This document shows positions 22,613 to 36,004 of a stretch of DNA of 64,000 nucleotides, in pieces. The number at the start of each line of letters is the position of its first letter. Positions within the stretch are counted from its first letter, which is position 1. The translations under genes and the position numbers were made by a program. This DNA comes from Marsupella aquatica. Taxonomy: Eukaryota > Plantae > Marchantiophyta. The notes beneath the pieces are model-generated. The model was not told the origin of the DNA. It did not search any database and saw nothing but the letters and a program-made list of their open reading frames with translations. The DNA lies in contig OZ316898.1 of assembly GCA_973895155.1 (NCBI GenBank), positions 9,225,079-9,289,078 on the forward strand, given 5' to 3'.

Positions 22613-24601
22613 TAAAAAAAATGGAAAATCCTTGTGATTGAAACAATAAAAAAATTCAAAGAGTGGACCAAACTCGAGGCTCTCCACAGTTAGGCCATAG
22701 CCATAGCAAGGAAGATATCAACCTTGCAAAAGGGTAAGAAAATATTTCTGAGTAGAAAGATTAAAAAACTCAAAACGAGTGGAACAAAGTCCAGGCTTGT
22801 CATGGATATAATAAGAAAGCACTTCTGACCATAAACTACCTTTTGTTTGCTTTTGGCATACATTCTCTTTCCATGTGTGTCATTGCAATACGAATCTGTG
22901 TGCTGTACTCCAGAGCCCAGGTTTTGGGCAGGTCAAAAGCTAAAACGCACTCAAGAGGGATCAGAAGGACTACAGTACTAAATTGGGATGTTGTTGCTAA
23001 AATGTCAGGCCTGACAATCAAGGGGAGGGGCTTTCCTGAATTATGACGAATATTCTTAAACGGAGGAAATCTCTCTAGATTTAGCATGGGAATAGCTGGA
23101 TGAACACGCTATAACACAGCTGAAGAACAGAAGCGCCAAAGGTGGATAGAGTATCCCAAAGACAATAGACCCAATAACGGGGTGGAAAAAAAGGGAAAAC
23201 CCCAAGAAGACCAAAAAGGCAAACAAATCCAGTGAGTCTCCAACAACCACAAAGAACTAAAACCCTATTGACCAGCAAAATGAGACTCAAAAGTACATGA
23301 GTAAACGGCAAGGAGGGTCACATGGAAGAATCTTTCAGGAGACCCTAAAACTAACAGCTCAGCCCAGCTAAGAATAGTGAAAGCCTGAGCCTTGTGCAAT
23401 GTTAGATAAGGAACTAACAGAATGCTCATGGGTTAGCCTTTTGATAGATTTACTGTGCCTACCTTATTGCCTCCACCTTTGATCCTTGAGCTATACTAGT
23501 ATGTGTGTTTGTGTTAAGGCACTACTTTACACTAAACACCAAACTAATATATGGTCCTCGGTTTGGCCAGTTGCACGGCGTGGTGCTTGGTGTCCCTTTC
23601 TTTAGGGAAAAAACCCAACTTTAAGCCAAATTGTCTCTTGCCATAAAACCATGGCTTATATTACTCAAAACTACAATGTCAAACCTCCTCCAAGGGTAAT
23701 ATGAGCAAAACATTAAATCCATATTATATTGAAGTCTACATGCATGACCCACTCCATCGACTGCTTATGAGTAGGGACGGGAATAAGGAGTTTGGGTATG
23801 GGGAATCCTTCCTGTGAATAAGCACGGGTATTTGGGCTAGTTAGTTGTATTTGACTGAATTGTTAGGCAGGCATCATCTACAAATTGGGTCAGCCAGTTT
23901 TAGCTCTAGTTGTGCCTTTCCGCTAGGCAATGTGCTCAGTCTACATTCAGTTCCTTTGTCTTAGTAGCTTGGGGGAAATTGTGTGTCTTTCTTTGTCATT
24001 TACATGTTGGTGTGGGTCTGTGGTGCATGATCTCCCCTTGACTGCATTTTGGTTTCAAATGTTGGTTTTGGCCTGTTGAGCTTTATACTTTGATTTCCTC
24101 TTTTATGAATTGAGGATTTTCCCTTTTCAGGCTATTGAACTAATTGCACAGTCATTCTGCTCAACCTTGGTGTCCCTTCCCGTTTCTCCCAACAACAAAA
24201 ACTGAAAATATACATCAACCTACTGTAGGCAGTGGCTTATGATAATGTTGTACAGTGGCTTTGCTCTTAATTAAAGAGCTATTAGCTGGAGCTGTCAAGG
24301 TGTCTCCAATTTGGTTTGTCATGTCATGTCGTGGCAGAAGCCTTGAATGCGGAGCGCTTAAGTTAACATTAGAAGTCCAATTGTTGCACGCCCCTTTAAT
24401 TGAAATGAGCATGATAGTTTATCAATAATTATTTATGGCCCATGTACGCAATTTTTAAGTGCAAACTGTAGATTTAGATATACCTCTAACAAGCCAGGGT
24501 AAAAGATTTTGAAGCTGCTATTTTGGTGCATTCACTTCTCAGATTTTGTCTTATTCTTATTTTTTGTGTCATATATTTTGGTTAGATATTGCTCTTAGTC
24601 T

Positions 24602-24925
24602 TGTTGATTCATGAGCTAACTACAATTAGTCTAACTTGGATTAGGAATTAGTTAATGTTAGCGGTAGTGCTGTTGTGCATATAGCCAGGGCTGATGCCAG
24701 ACCCTGGTGGAACTTAGGCTCATTGTTACGAAGCTAGTTGAGAGATAGGGAGAGCTTGTGTTGTGGATGCTTGGTATGGCCGGTCGGCCTAGAGTGCAAT
24801 AAAGCTCTTGTGTGTTCCCTTGGACGTAGCCTCATGTGGAGGTGAACCACGTCTCTCTCTGTGTCGACTATTATGCGTTGGATGGTTCATGGGCTTATTG
24901 TTACGAATGTCGTCTATGCTCAACA
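24602..24925. mobile_element. Solo-LTR-like repeat (324 bp, TGTTGA...TCAACA), homologous to 61301-61921
   Basis: Perfect 6-bp inverted termini. Shares collinear blocks with the 61.3-61.9 kb copy (CTACAATTAG.CTAAC, TCATTGTTAC, GAGAGCTTGTGTTG, CCTAGAGTGCAATAA, TGAACCAC, TGCTCAACA). No clean TSD. Confidence 0.55.
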
Positions 24926-27900
24926 ATTTTTATTTCAATGTGCCTTATCAAGGGGCAGTCTTTGTATCATATACATTTTTAATTAATTTTTAGACCCCTT
25001 CAATTTTAGGTATTCTAGAGTAATTTGAACTTATTTTGGCAACCCCCTTAGAGCTTTAAAGTTTGTGATCTCTTAGAAATGAAACCAACAGCTCCATCAT
25101 TTTAAGTTTTTAACAAGGTATTCTCATGAGTGAGAGAAATAATTTTAAATATCATGAATGCATAGTGTCTTAAGTACATTCCCCTCATGTCTTTTTTTTC
25201 ATAAGTTTATAGTTTTTATTGAAATGAGTGTCATTGATAGGGCACATTGAATTAAGTGTACAAATAGCAGCATGGTTATGTCATAAAACTTGACTGTACT
25301 TTTCATTGGTCAATGTGTTTTTCACTTTTCTTGGCAGACACTTTAAGTACATTATTTTATCCTTCTAATTATGCTCTTATATTTTATTTACTTTCAAATC
25401 ACTACAAGATCAAAAATCAAGCATGTTCGAGGATGAGCATGCTATAATGGAGATGAGGATCACAAATTTAAGGTTTCATGGTATTCCTATCCGCCTTGCA
25501 CTTTTGTCTCAAGTGCAGAAATGCATGAGTGCACTAGACTAGCTGACATCTGAAACAAGGAGCAATGTGGTAATCATTTGACACAAGTATAAATCCTATG
25601 ATATATGCTCCTGGGATATATGTAGGCTAAGCTTTGCCCACTTACTACATTACTTGGTTCACTAAAAGGCCATGAGTTTGACTTAATGACTGGAGAATTG
25701 TATGCTACATGAACACTTTTTAAGAGTTTTGTGGTTTGGTGACACATCTTAAGTCACACCTTCAAGAACTACACCCAATGTGCACGATCTTGAACCTGTC
25801 TTGAATTTAATATCTGCTATCTCCTAATCTCTAGAATTGATGCTCCAATGGACCACAATGCATAAACATGCAACTTGGATAAGCTGAGCACCTTTCTCCA
25901 AAGGAGTGATATTATTTGAGTTCACCTTTTGATATCGATAAGTGTGACCATTCTACAAATGAGTGATATCATTCTTTTGCGATCCATAAGTGTGAACATC
26001 TACAAAGGAGTGATATTATTTGACTTCAAGGCAAGGTTTGAAAACAGTCCATCTAAGTATTTCTGTGAAACATTTTGGTGCATCTGGGCTTCCTAGTTAA
26101 TAATCTCTATCTCCAATCAATCTCACCAAGACGGGCACCAAGTACTGTAAATTTCAAGAATTTTTCTTTAAAATAAGGACAGGTTCTAAAGATGAAAAAA
26201 TCAGTTCTGGTTACAGTACATATATTGTGGTGACTCATGCATGTGTGATACGGTCAAATGTAAACGTACACAACATCTTTGTCTTTCAGTCAGCGTCAAA
26301 CGCTTTAATAACACACTTTCTGTCCCATCTACCCTCTCCAAAGGTACATATTGCCACACCCTTTCTACCCTAATATGATCTGCTGAGGTGGCTTATATCA
26401 AGGTACTCAATAATCCGTCCAGAAATCAATCCAGGAAATTTTCCTTTATTATTTCTCGTCCTTTGTGTTCCCTCCCTATCATGTATTTTCTACCCTTCTA
26501 TTCGTTCTCTCAAATGTGTGCCACATTCTTCTTGACTATCCTAACCTCACATACAGGTTTGAGATTTGAGGTCCTTAGAGCATTCCCACTGGTTGGTCCA
26601 GTCACAACTCTATACATGTGTGAGTACCAATTTTGAAATGGCAAACTGGCTTGTCAGTAACTGGCTGCACCCGGCCAACATCCCCACCCAATGCACAATG
26701 TGTTATGAACTGCAATGGTAGTCTCTCAATTCCGAGACCATTTGCACCTCTGCCATCCAGGTATCTCCCACTGGGTCAATTTGTGCCGTGCACAGTGTTT
26801 GGCAAGCATGGTAGGCCGCTCCCATGCACCCAAACCAGGACCCTCACTTGCCAGTTCTGGTGTGCGGGAGGTAACTTCTGGAGAGCTGGCTCCAGGGTTT
26901 TCATATTTCAGGGCTAGGTTGGGATTGGAAAACTTGTTCCTGAGCCTGTCATTATCAAATTGTCCAGAGCCGGCATTTTTTGTGACCTGTGGGAATGATA
27001 TAACAGTCTAGTTCACTTCCTCAAGTCAAAAATCCTGTAAACAATCCTGACCATCCAGACAAAGGGAGATGGGCTTTCAATTTGAGCTCCAAAATGCACA
27101 CGCCCTGGGAATTCGCAATGGCTGCCAAATAGGAGGGGTATCTAAATTTGAGACCCTTTGTACAGGCTCACTTGTTGATCCCCAAACAAAATTGCAGTAT
27201 CGGACAAGCCAATGGGCAAGGTCAAAAGCGGCAGGGAGAGCTTTTTGAGCTATAATTATTGTTGACATTTTTTAGCTTTGGAGCAAATAATGGACCCGCT
27301 TTAATAAACCGTCCATGGGAAAAAGTGATTTGTACTCGAATAGAGCGCCCATCACAATAGTGTGCCCGGGTGGTCTAATAGGGAGAGTATTTATGGAGGC
27401 ACAACCAGACATACTTATCTAAAAGCAAAGGCACAAACGGACATTCTAATCAAAAAGTGACATTGTGTTATTGAATTTGAAGCACATTCCCAAACATTAG
27501 CCCATTGAAAATAATGCTTTTCAGATTTGAATGGAGTGCCTCCCAAGCAGTGTTTCTTCTTCCTGTGAAATCTGGCACATTTGCTACTAGGCGAAGTGGG
27601 TTGCAAATGCTACAAATTCAGAGCGTAGTTTTAAAACAATTGTTGTGATTATTGGCCAAAATAAACAGTCCATATCTACATAGATGTACCGTTCATAATG
27701 TGACTATACATACCTTTTGCTCCTCAAAGACTTCTCAGCGCGCCATAACTACCACCTGCCCAAAATACAAAAGTAAATCCTGCTCCGTTGCACCTATTGG
27801 AGTACAATGGGTATGTTCATCTCAGGGCACCTACGCACCTGCATGACATGAGCTAAGAGATCCCGAAAGGGTGGGTTTACGAGAATGTGGGCCAAATGTT

Positions 27901-28659
27901 TCTTTTTATTCCCTCTTAGATTAAATCTGGACCATCTAATGATTGGAAACGGCTGCAGTTGGATTTACAAGAACTTAGGCCCAATTCATATCATGGTGTC
28001 TACCAATCTTGCATGACAAGTAGTGGGCCCAAGTTGATATTGATATGGAGTGCTTATTTTGTCCAAAATTCTAGAGTGGTCCAAATAAGCAATTCTGTGA
28101 CACATTGTTAGCAGATTTCACCTCAAAAAATGTGATTGCCATTACTGGCTAGATTTTCTGGTGTCCATTGGCCAGTCCCACCAAGCCACAGACCCATTAT
28201 CCAGAATCTAACCATTTATTATCCTTAAATCCGGGGAGATTTGACCATCAGAAATTAATCAAACCCAATTAGGTAAGGAACACTCCAAGCAGCTTAGTTC
28301 ACACAAGATGAGATTTGCTAAACTGGCAAAAAAATGGAAGAACCTCCTAATGTAGGCAAGTTCAAATACTTTCAAACTTTGGGTCCTTTATTCAAATAAA
28401 ATGATTTGCATTTATTTCAAAGGATTTCTGCTGTGTTTTCTATCTTTAGAACAAACAAGCGGCCCTCTAATTTGTTTTGTTGAATAAAAAAGTTACAATT
28501 GCCCCCAACTTAGTTTCTTGTAAAGCCACCCTTTAAACCTGTCAAAGAAACCTGTGGTCTTGCTCCCCCATCTACCGCCAAATAGTACTACATCCAAGTA
28601 CCCACACCCTTTCTGCCCTGCCCAGCGCATCCGGATTCCACTCGGTACTGCCCCTAGAC

Positions 28660-28830
28660 ATTTACCTGATTGACCCCCAAAGTGAAAACTGAAAAGTGTT
28701 ATTTGATTACGTCCATGAGTTTTGAGTTCACTAATAATTTAGGCACTGCCCCGAAACATTTACTTGATTGCCCCCAAAGAGAAAAGCGTTATTTGATAGA
28801 CTCCATGAGTTATGAGTACACTAATAATTG
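28660..28830. repeat. Tandem duplication, two copies of about 90 bp
   Basis: ACATTTAC.TGATTG.CCCC.AAAG...GTTATTTGAT...TCCATGAGTT.TGAGT.CACTAATAATT occurs twice. Confidence 0.8.
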
Positions 28831-30119
28831 AAGGTCTATCAACGGCCTAGATCACTCATGGGGCCCATCAAGTATAAACCTTTCATTTTGGACGGTCCTT
28901 CAAATCAATGTCTCGTACTGCCCTGGTTAGAGAGCCTTCGGGGGGCTCCTCATTGGGCCGTGGATCGCAAGATGAGATTATAATCCAAGGGCTAATAAAA
29001 CGTACGAGGCACATAGTCGACATCCGTCGTCCGGGCACGCACCTCCTGCCCGCGGGCAACCGACATTAAACCTCAGAGGTCCGCCAAAAGATTCCGTTCG
29101 GTGCAAAGACGAGCCTTCGAAACTTCGGCCGTGTCTGCCCGTCACCCACTCCCAATGCGCTACCGTATGAAACGTCCTTTTCTGTCCGTCTGCCCGCATT
29201 GATCTCGTCGTCCGGTCAGCCGGTGCCCGAGGCTGGCATTCAAAGCGTGCACTGCTGCCCACACCGTAGTACGGTATGAACAATTTGCTTCACTGCCCGC
29301 TGCCCCCTTTTTTTTGTTCTTAGCGGGCAGAAGTTAGTGCACAGGGGGACAGCACCAAAATAATAATAATACGGACTTATTTTGATTCTGGTCAAAGGGA
29401 AGGTTCGAAGTTCAAAGCAACTTTCGTCCCTTGCCCCGCCCGCCGGCCACGGGTGGGTGCCCCATGCCCGCCGGCTCCTGTCCATCAGTCCGTCACGGTT
29501 GCTCTTTCCCTGGGTCCAGAGTAATTTTTCAGGCTCTATCTTTTTCGTGAAGGTGCCCGATCTCCGAGTAGAAATGCTTAATTATTGATGTCTGATCTTA
29601 GGTTTCTCTAGATTTCACTGTCACATTCTGGCCAAAGCACTCTATGACTCGATGGATAATTGGCTAATACATGTTGAGCAACGAAGTGACTCCCAATGGC
29701 ATGCACATAATCATCTGACAAACAAATAGTCTGCATATAGAGATACATAATAGTGAGACTGAGTTTCCCCTCCACAAGCAAACATTGTTTGAGTATCTAA
29801 TGTGCAACACCAATGATCAAGTCTCTCACTATGGTTGGCCAAACTAGGGCTAAAGTTGTAACTTTAGACCTAAGAGAAATACTTTGGGAGTCTTAGCCAA
29901 GAGTGGTGAAGACTTTTCCGGGTAGATGGATTTTGGTGAAGTTTTCAAGTCCCTTGCCCTCTCTGCCAGTTATGGGCATTTTTGGTGGCCCCCTGCTGCT
30001 TGACCACTGGTCCATAAAACTTGCTATTCCCTTGGGTATCAAAATAATTCTTCAGGCTTTTTGTTTTTTTCCCAAGCCAATTTCAGCAACACATTTTTAG
30101 AATACAAGCTCAAGTTGCA

Positions 30120-30500
30120 AGAAGGCCTTTGGGAGGTGCTTCACCCTTTGAAGTCATCAAGAGTTCCAAACAAGACAACTTCTTGATCTAGAGTTGCTGC
30201 ACTATGCTAGATATCTCTTGTTAACTCGATCACCCTCAGTTTCATGACTTGACAGTGTGAGAGATGAATTTACGGATAATCAAAATACCTTGGGGTTTTT
30301 TTTGAAGTAGCAAGATTTTTCTGTGAAACTCCAAGAAGACCTCTCAGAAGGGGCTTCACCCATGAACTCACCAAGAATTCCAAACAAGACAACTTCCTGA
30401 TCTAAAGTTACTTCATTGTATGCTAAAGATCTCCTTGTTAAGTCACTCTCAGCTTCATGAGTTAAGGGTGTGAGGGGATTATACCCATAATCAAAATGCC
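30120..30500. repeat. Diverged direct duplication (30120-30295 and 30340-30505)
   Basis: GCTTCACCC, TTCCAAACAAGACAACTTC.TGATCTA and ATAATCAAAAT.CCTTGGG occur in both copies. Confidence 0.75.
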
Positions 30501-32732
30501 TTGGGAATTTTTCCCAAAAGTGAGACAATGTTGTTGTGAAGAGGTGAGATTTGGCCAATTTTGAGCACCCAAAATAAAACGGTAATTGTTTTTGTCGGAG
30601 GGAATCCCCAAAAATAATTAAAGCAACCGTAGGTACGAAGCTGTACTCTTTTGTCTCGTCCACTGTACAGTCGTCGGGGTCAGGACGGTGATGTGACCTT
30701 GTCCCCAGGAATGAAGACTTTCTATAATTATTTTCTTACAGGTGCCCGCTTGCAGTCCTTGTTTCCTTTTCTGTCTGCCCGCACCAAGAACGGACCGTCA
30801 GAAAAGTTACAGTGCCTTGGTGTTTACCAGAGGACGATCACGTTCGCACATGCTCTGCACAAAGTTAATCCTTTTTGACTTTCAAGTAGTATGCACCGCG
30901 ATGCCATAAACAAGTTGCTTGTATTTCTTTGTATTTTTTCACTTAAAAAAAAAAAACAACGTATAGACTAATGATAGAGTGTACCTTGCTATGTAAAAAA
31001 TCTTCGAAGATCATTTACTAAAATATGCAATCCAAATATTTTTCCAAGTTTGGCAAGCACAACCTAAGATGGCTGAAGTTGTTTTGGTTTATTACACATT
31101 ATAGTTCCAAATATAGGCTATTTTTCAATAATTATCTATCCATTGAGCCAACTTTTTCAGAATTCGTACGGTACTGGAGCTTACACGGTATAGGTATATA
31201 AGCTGTCACTCACTCCGGCTCCGTAATGAGCTTTGAAAGCAGCTGATGAGGAATGAAATCAAATCGCACGTCGAAAAATGGAAGATGGGTTGCCGAATGT
31301 CTTGAATGCTGAGGAGAGCATCCTTTCTTGTTCGAGAGAATTAGCATTACAATGCGTTGAAGATTCACCTCACACGACGCAGATGCAATTACAGCGCTGA
31401 GTGTTCATTGATGACTCTGGGAGAGCTGGAAGTGAATGAATGGTGACGACTGATGAGAGTCTGAGACTTTGAGGCATGAAATTGGCATGAATGCAGTGAC
31501 TGATTGATTGAGTGATAGTCTCTCAGTCTCTCCCTCACTCGGTCACGGACTCCTTTCTGGTACACATACGGTACTAGACGGACGCCATTGTGGGTGGAGT
31601 TCTGTGCATACGGCTAGCAGTCTATCAAAGAGGTGCTGTACACTGTTGGTGCAATAGTCTATAACATCGTAGTAGACTGTCTTGTAGGCAGCTTTGCTTT
31701 CCTCAGTTCCGACAAGGTTCAGCTGGAAAAGGTGAGAGAGGAAAAGGTCTCTGTCTGTCCCACGGGAAGCTCTTTTCCCGAGGCAAAGACGGTGTGGATG
31801 GGTCATTTATTAGTGGGTTGGGTACTTTGGGTAGCTTCCATGGGAGGGAGGAATGAATGAATGAATGAATTCTCCGCCGATTTACTGATGCTTGTCATCG
31901 ATGGTTTTGTTCTGTGGGCCGTAATGTGATGATGCTTGTGCGTGAGTAAGTAAGTTGTAGAAAGGTCTCTGGTACTGGTGGGTCCTCCACCACTTGGTAA
32001 ATCAAAGACGAGAGAGACGGACAGCCGAGCCAGCCTGCCTGCCTGTATACGTGAGTGATGAGTCTTTTGCAGGAAAGCAAGCTGTGGAGGGGAAAGAGAG
32101 ATTGCTGCTGCTGCCCGTCCTGCAGGCTTCTTGCTATTATGCCACCATGTCGTAGCTGTAGACTTCTCTTCTTCTTCTTCTCCCCCATTCTCACCATTCG
32201 TTTCTTCTTTCCTTCCTTCCTCGTCCGCTCCTCCTCCTTCTCCCAATCCACCCTCTCAATCATACGCACTTCTCACTTCCAGCGTGCACGTGCTGTCTTG
32301 CGTTGTGTGATGCCTAGTACTGATTGTTCGGTTGGTTGATTGATAGAGCTGCTCTGTCTGTGCTGTGCTGGTGCAGAGCATTGTGCATAATCTCAGTTTC
32401 GACATGGGTGCTGCGGTTGCCCCGAGACGCGTACGAAGAGGCAAACTGAAACAGGGAGAATGCCTTGCTTCTGTTCCTCTCTCGGTCAAATGCTAACGTT
32501 AGCAACAATCAGTACTCTGGTCACTGGAACGAACGATCCTCGGACGATCTCGGACGTTGGCAATAATTTGTGTGAGGTGAAGGTTGTTATGTGCATGCTT
32601 GTAGCTCAGATAGCAGGACACTGAGCAAGTCAGAATTGCCAGCAGCACGAACAGGACAGCAGGAGCAAGCAAGCGAACTGTAGAAGCAGTGTATTCAAGT
32701 CCTAGGTGAGGAGAGGCAGGCATTCTACAGGT

Positions 32733-35700
32733 ATGGGTATGGAGCCCGTTGCTCTCCCGGGGTCCGTTGCGGCTACTCCAGAGAGGAAGAAGCGGCAGGA
32801 ACAGAAGCTGCCCAGTCCAGACAATGTGGCGTATAAAGGACTCAACAGGAAGAAGACACCATCGTCACCACAGTCTGTGATCAATTCTTTCTCAGCAGCT
32901 CCCTCAAGAGGTCCATCTCCAGCTCGGTCTCCTGCTCCCCGTTCTCCAGCTCCACTGATCTTCCGCGCACCCTCCCCAACGATCAGGAACAGGAAATTGG
33001 GCCGCCGAACTTCGTTCAAGAAATCCGCATCCAGCAAGTCTCGGAGAGAACTGGAGAACGGAGCTGCATCTCCAGCTCCTAATGGTGGTACAGAAACGGA
33101 TGAGAACGGCAAGTGTGATAAAACCATCAAGAAGAGTGTCAGCAGCGACGAGGAGGAAGAAGGGCGCTTGAATCAGGGGCCCTGGTTTTTGAAACTCGCC
33201 AAGACGTATCATGCGCAAGGCGACAATCCCATCAAGGCTTTTCAGTTTGCGTCCCGAGCAGTGCAGTGCTTTGAAAAGAGCGCCGCTGGGAGATCCAGCT
33301 TGGACCTTGCGGTGAGCTTGCATATATTGGCAGCGTTGCAATGTAGACAAGGACATTTCGAGGAGGCTGTTGGTTTGTTGAAGCGATCTCTGAGCATACC
33401 GGATCGGAGTCCGGATGCTGCCATTGACCATACCTTAGCTACATTTGCTGGCCAGATGCAACTGGGAGACACATTGGTGTTGGAGGGCAAGCACCAGCTA
33501 GCACTCAACGAGTATCAGTCTGCTTTGAAGTTGCAGAAGCAGGCCCTTGGGGAATTAGATATACGGGTTGCAGAGACATGTCGATATGTAGCCGAGGCGC
33601 ATTTGCAGGTAAACAACAACATTCCACGCAATGTAGTAGGCTTTATACATACTGTCCTCAGATATGGAGCCAGCATGTTTGTGTCACCTTCCAGTTTCTC
33701 AAAGATCGTGAGCAGCTCGTTTAGGATATGCGACTGTACGTCAGATATATTTTCGATTTGTTGTTGCTTCGTAAAGAGGATAAATAATTGCGAAGAGTTG
33801 TTAGAGCCAGAGGCAACATGTGTTATTTCTAGTTGCTCCTAGACCCTGGAACAGATTTCAATCTGGGACACATTCTTACTACTCTCAGCAGAAACGGACA
33901 GTCATGCAGTTCTGCAATAGAAACTTCCTTCTACCCTTTCCCAGTTACGGTAATTTCATCATGTTTTGCCGTCAAATGATGTGGACTTCACTAAGTTGTC
34001 TGCTCTCCTTGATTACTTCTGCCATTGTTGCTTCCCGTCCCTTTGGACCGTTTTTCCTTCTTTCCCTCGAAGAAAGGGATAGAGACGACGGAAGAGATCA
34101 TTGACTTTATGAAGGTTGTTCTAGACAGATTAGACGCAGTGCTGCTTTTTGCATTTGCTCTTAGTTCCACAGTTTGGCCTCGTTTTGATGAGTCACCCCT
34201 TTCAAATGCCACAAATAACAAATGATTAAGCTGCTCTCTGGGTGATCGTATTCTGTTAATAAACTACTTCCAGACAAATGCAAGCAGCAATTTGGAGAAT
34301 ATATAAAATTCCAGAGTAAATGTCATCGGTCGTTTCAGTTGGAGCCTCACTATCGGTAAATGGGGGCACGTTATGGGGAGAGGAATTAGTGAGCTTGTTT
34401 GTAAGATTATGTTTGTGGATGCCGATTTTGTCCCCTCATCCAACTTGTAGGGTGGTGACATTTAAGTAATATGAACGACTCACTGCTTGTTAACAAATGA
34501 CCCATTTATGCAGGCTTTACAGTTTGACGAGGCTGGGCAGCTGTGCGAGCTAGCTCTGCAAATTCACAAAGAGAAGAATGAATCGGGATCAGTAGAGGAA
34601 GCAGCAGACAGGCGGCTAATGGCTATGGTGTGCAGCGGAACAGGAGACAATGAGGCGGCACTGGAGCATCTGGTTGTGTCCAGCACTCTTTTCCTTGCGA
34701 ATGGATTAGAGAGCGACGTTGCAGCCGTGGATTCCACGATAGGAGATGCTCTCTTTGCTTTGGGCAGGGACACAGAGGCAGCTCTGTCTTACCAGAAAGC
34801 ACTAACAGTCTTCAAGGCCACGAAGGGGGAGACTCATGCTTTGGTAGCCTCAGTCTTACTGAGGTTGGCAGAGCTGTCTATGAAAACAGGGAAACCCAGA
34901 GAAGCAAAGACGTACTGCGAGAGTGCGTTGAGAATTTTTGGAACCCAAGGTGCGGGTCATGCCCTTGAGGACATTGTCTACGGCTTGACAGATATCGCTG
35001 GAATATACGAATTGTTGGGTGAACGAGAACAGGCCATCACTTTGCTGAGTCGGGCTGTGGACATTCAAGGGTCTGCACCTGGGCAGATATTTACAACGGC
35101 TGGAGTTGAAGCACAGCTGGGGATACTATATTGTATGACAGAGAAATTCGAACAAGCATATAGTCCCCTAAAGAATTCTGTATCAAAGTTCAAGTGTGCC
35201 AGTGACGGGAACAAAACCTTGTTTCTTGGGTTACTATTGAATCAACTGGGGCTCACTGCTTTGGAATTGGGTGAGATCGAGGAGGCCAAGGGTGTACTTG
35301 AGGAATCTAGGAGTGTGATGGAGGGCGCTGTGGGCTCGACGCATGCAGACACACTGTATGTTTGTAGTAACCTTGCTGGGGCATATGACGCACTTGGAAG
35401 GTAATTTCAGAGGTTCCCTGCGACTCCTTGCGCGTCACAGCTTTGGAACGTTCTATTCAAAATTCTCTGCAAGTCCAGGAAATTACAAGACCACCCTTGT
35501 GGTTGCTGTTATTGTATCCTCCGAGATTTTGTTTTCGAGATTGTGTCCTCTCTCTCATGCTTTGGGTGCTTGGTCCTACAATGCAACGCGAGAGTCCTAT
35601 CAGTTTCGAACCTACTAGATATTTTGCCTTGGTATCTCAATTTGGCTAGAGTCTTTGTGCCGTAATTCTTGTGATTAGTTCAAGCGAAGGGCTCCCTCCA

Positions 35701-36004
35701 ACCTCAATGTTCTGTGATTTGGATGTTGAGCTTTCCATTGCCGCTAGTATTCTTGAGCTCTAGAAATTAAAATCCCTCTTCTTTGCAATGTTGGTTTGCA
35801 CACAGGACACGTGAAGCAATCTTCCTCCTGGAGAATGTTCTCGAAATCAAAGAAAACAAGATTGGATCGGTACATCCCGAAGTGGAAGAAGAGAAAAAAC
35901 GTCTGCAACAATTACTGCGGGACGTGGGTTTATCTAGAATACGGAAGTCGAATACACTGAAGGAGTTACTTCATATGGCCATAGAGGAAAGCTCTAGACG
36001 CTAG
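32733..36004 (+). CDS. Kinesin light chain-related (KLCR/CMU-like) TPR protein, about 653 aa; exons 32733-33608, 34514-35400, 35806-36004
   Basis: Ser/Pro-rich N-terminus, then TPR arrays with KLCR hallmarks (GPWFLKLA, LATFAGQMQLGDT, RVAETCRYVAEAHLQ/ALQFDEA, SVEEAADRRLMA, SNLAGAYDALGR, KIGSVHPEVEEEKKRLQQLL). Splice sites are GT-AG and phases are consistent. Confidence 0.92.
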
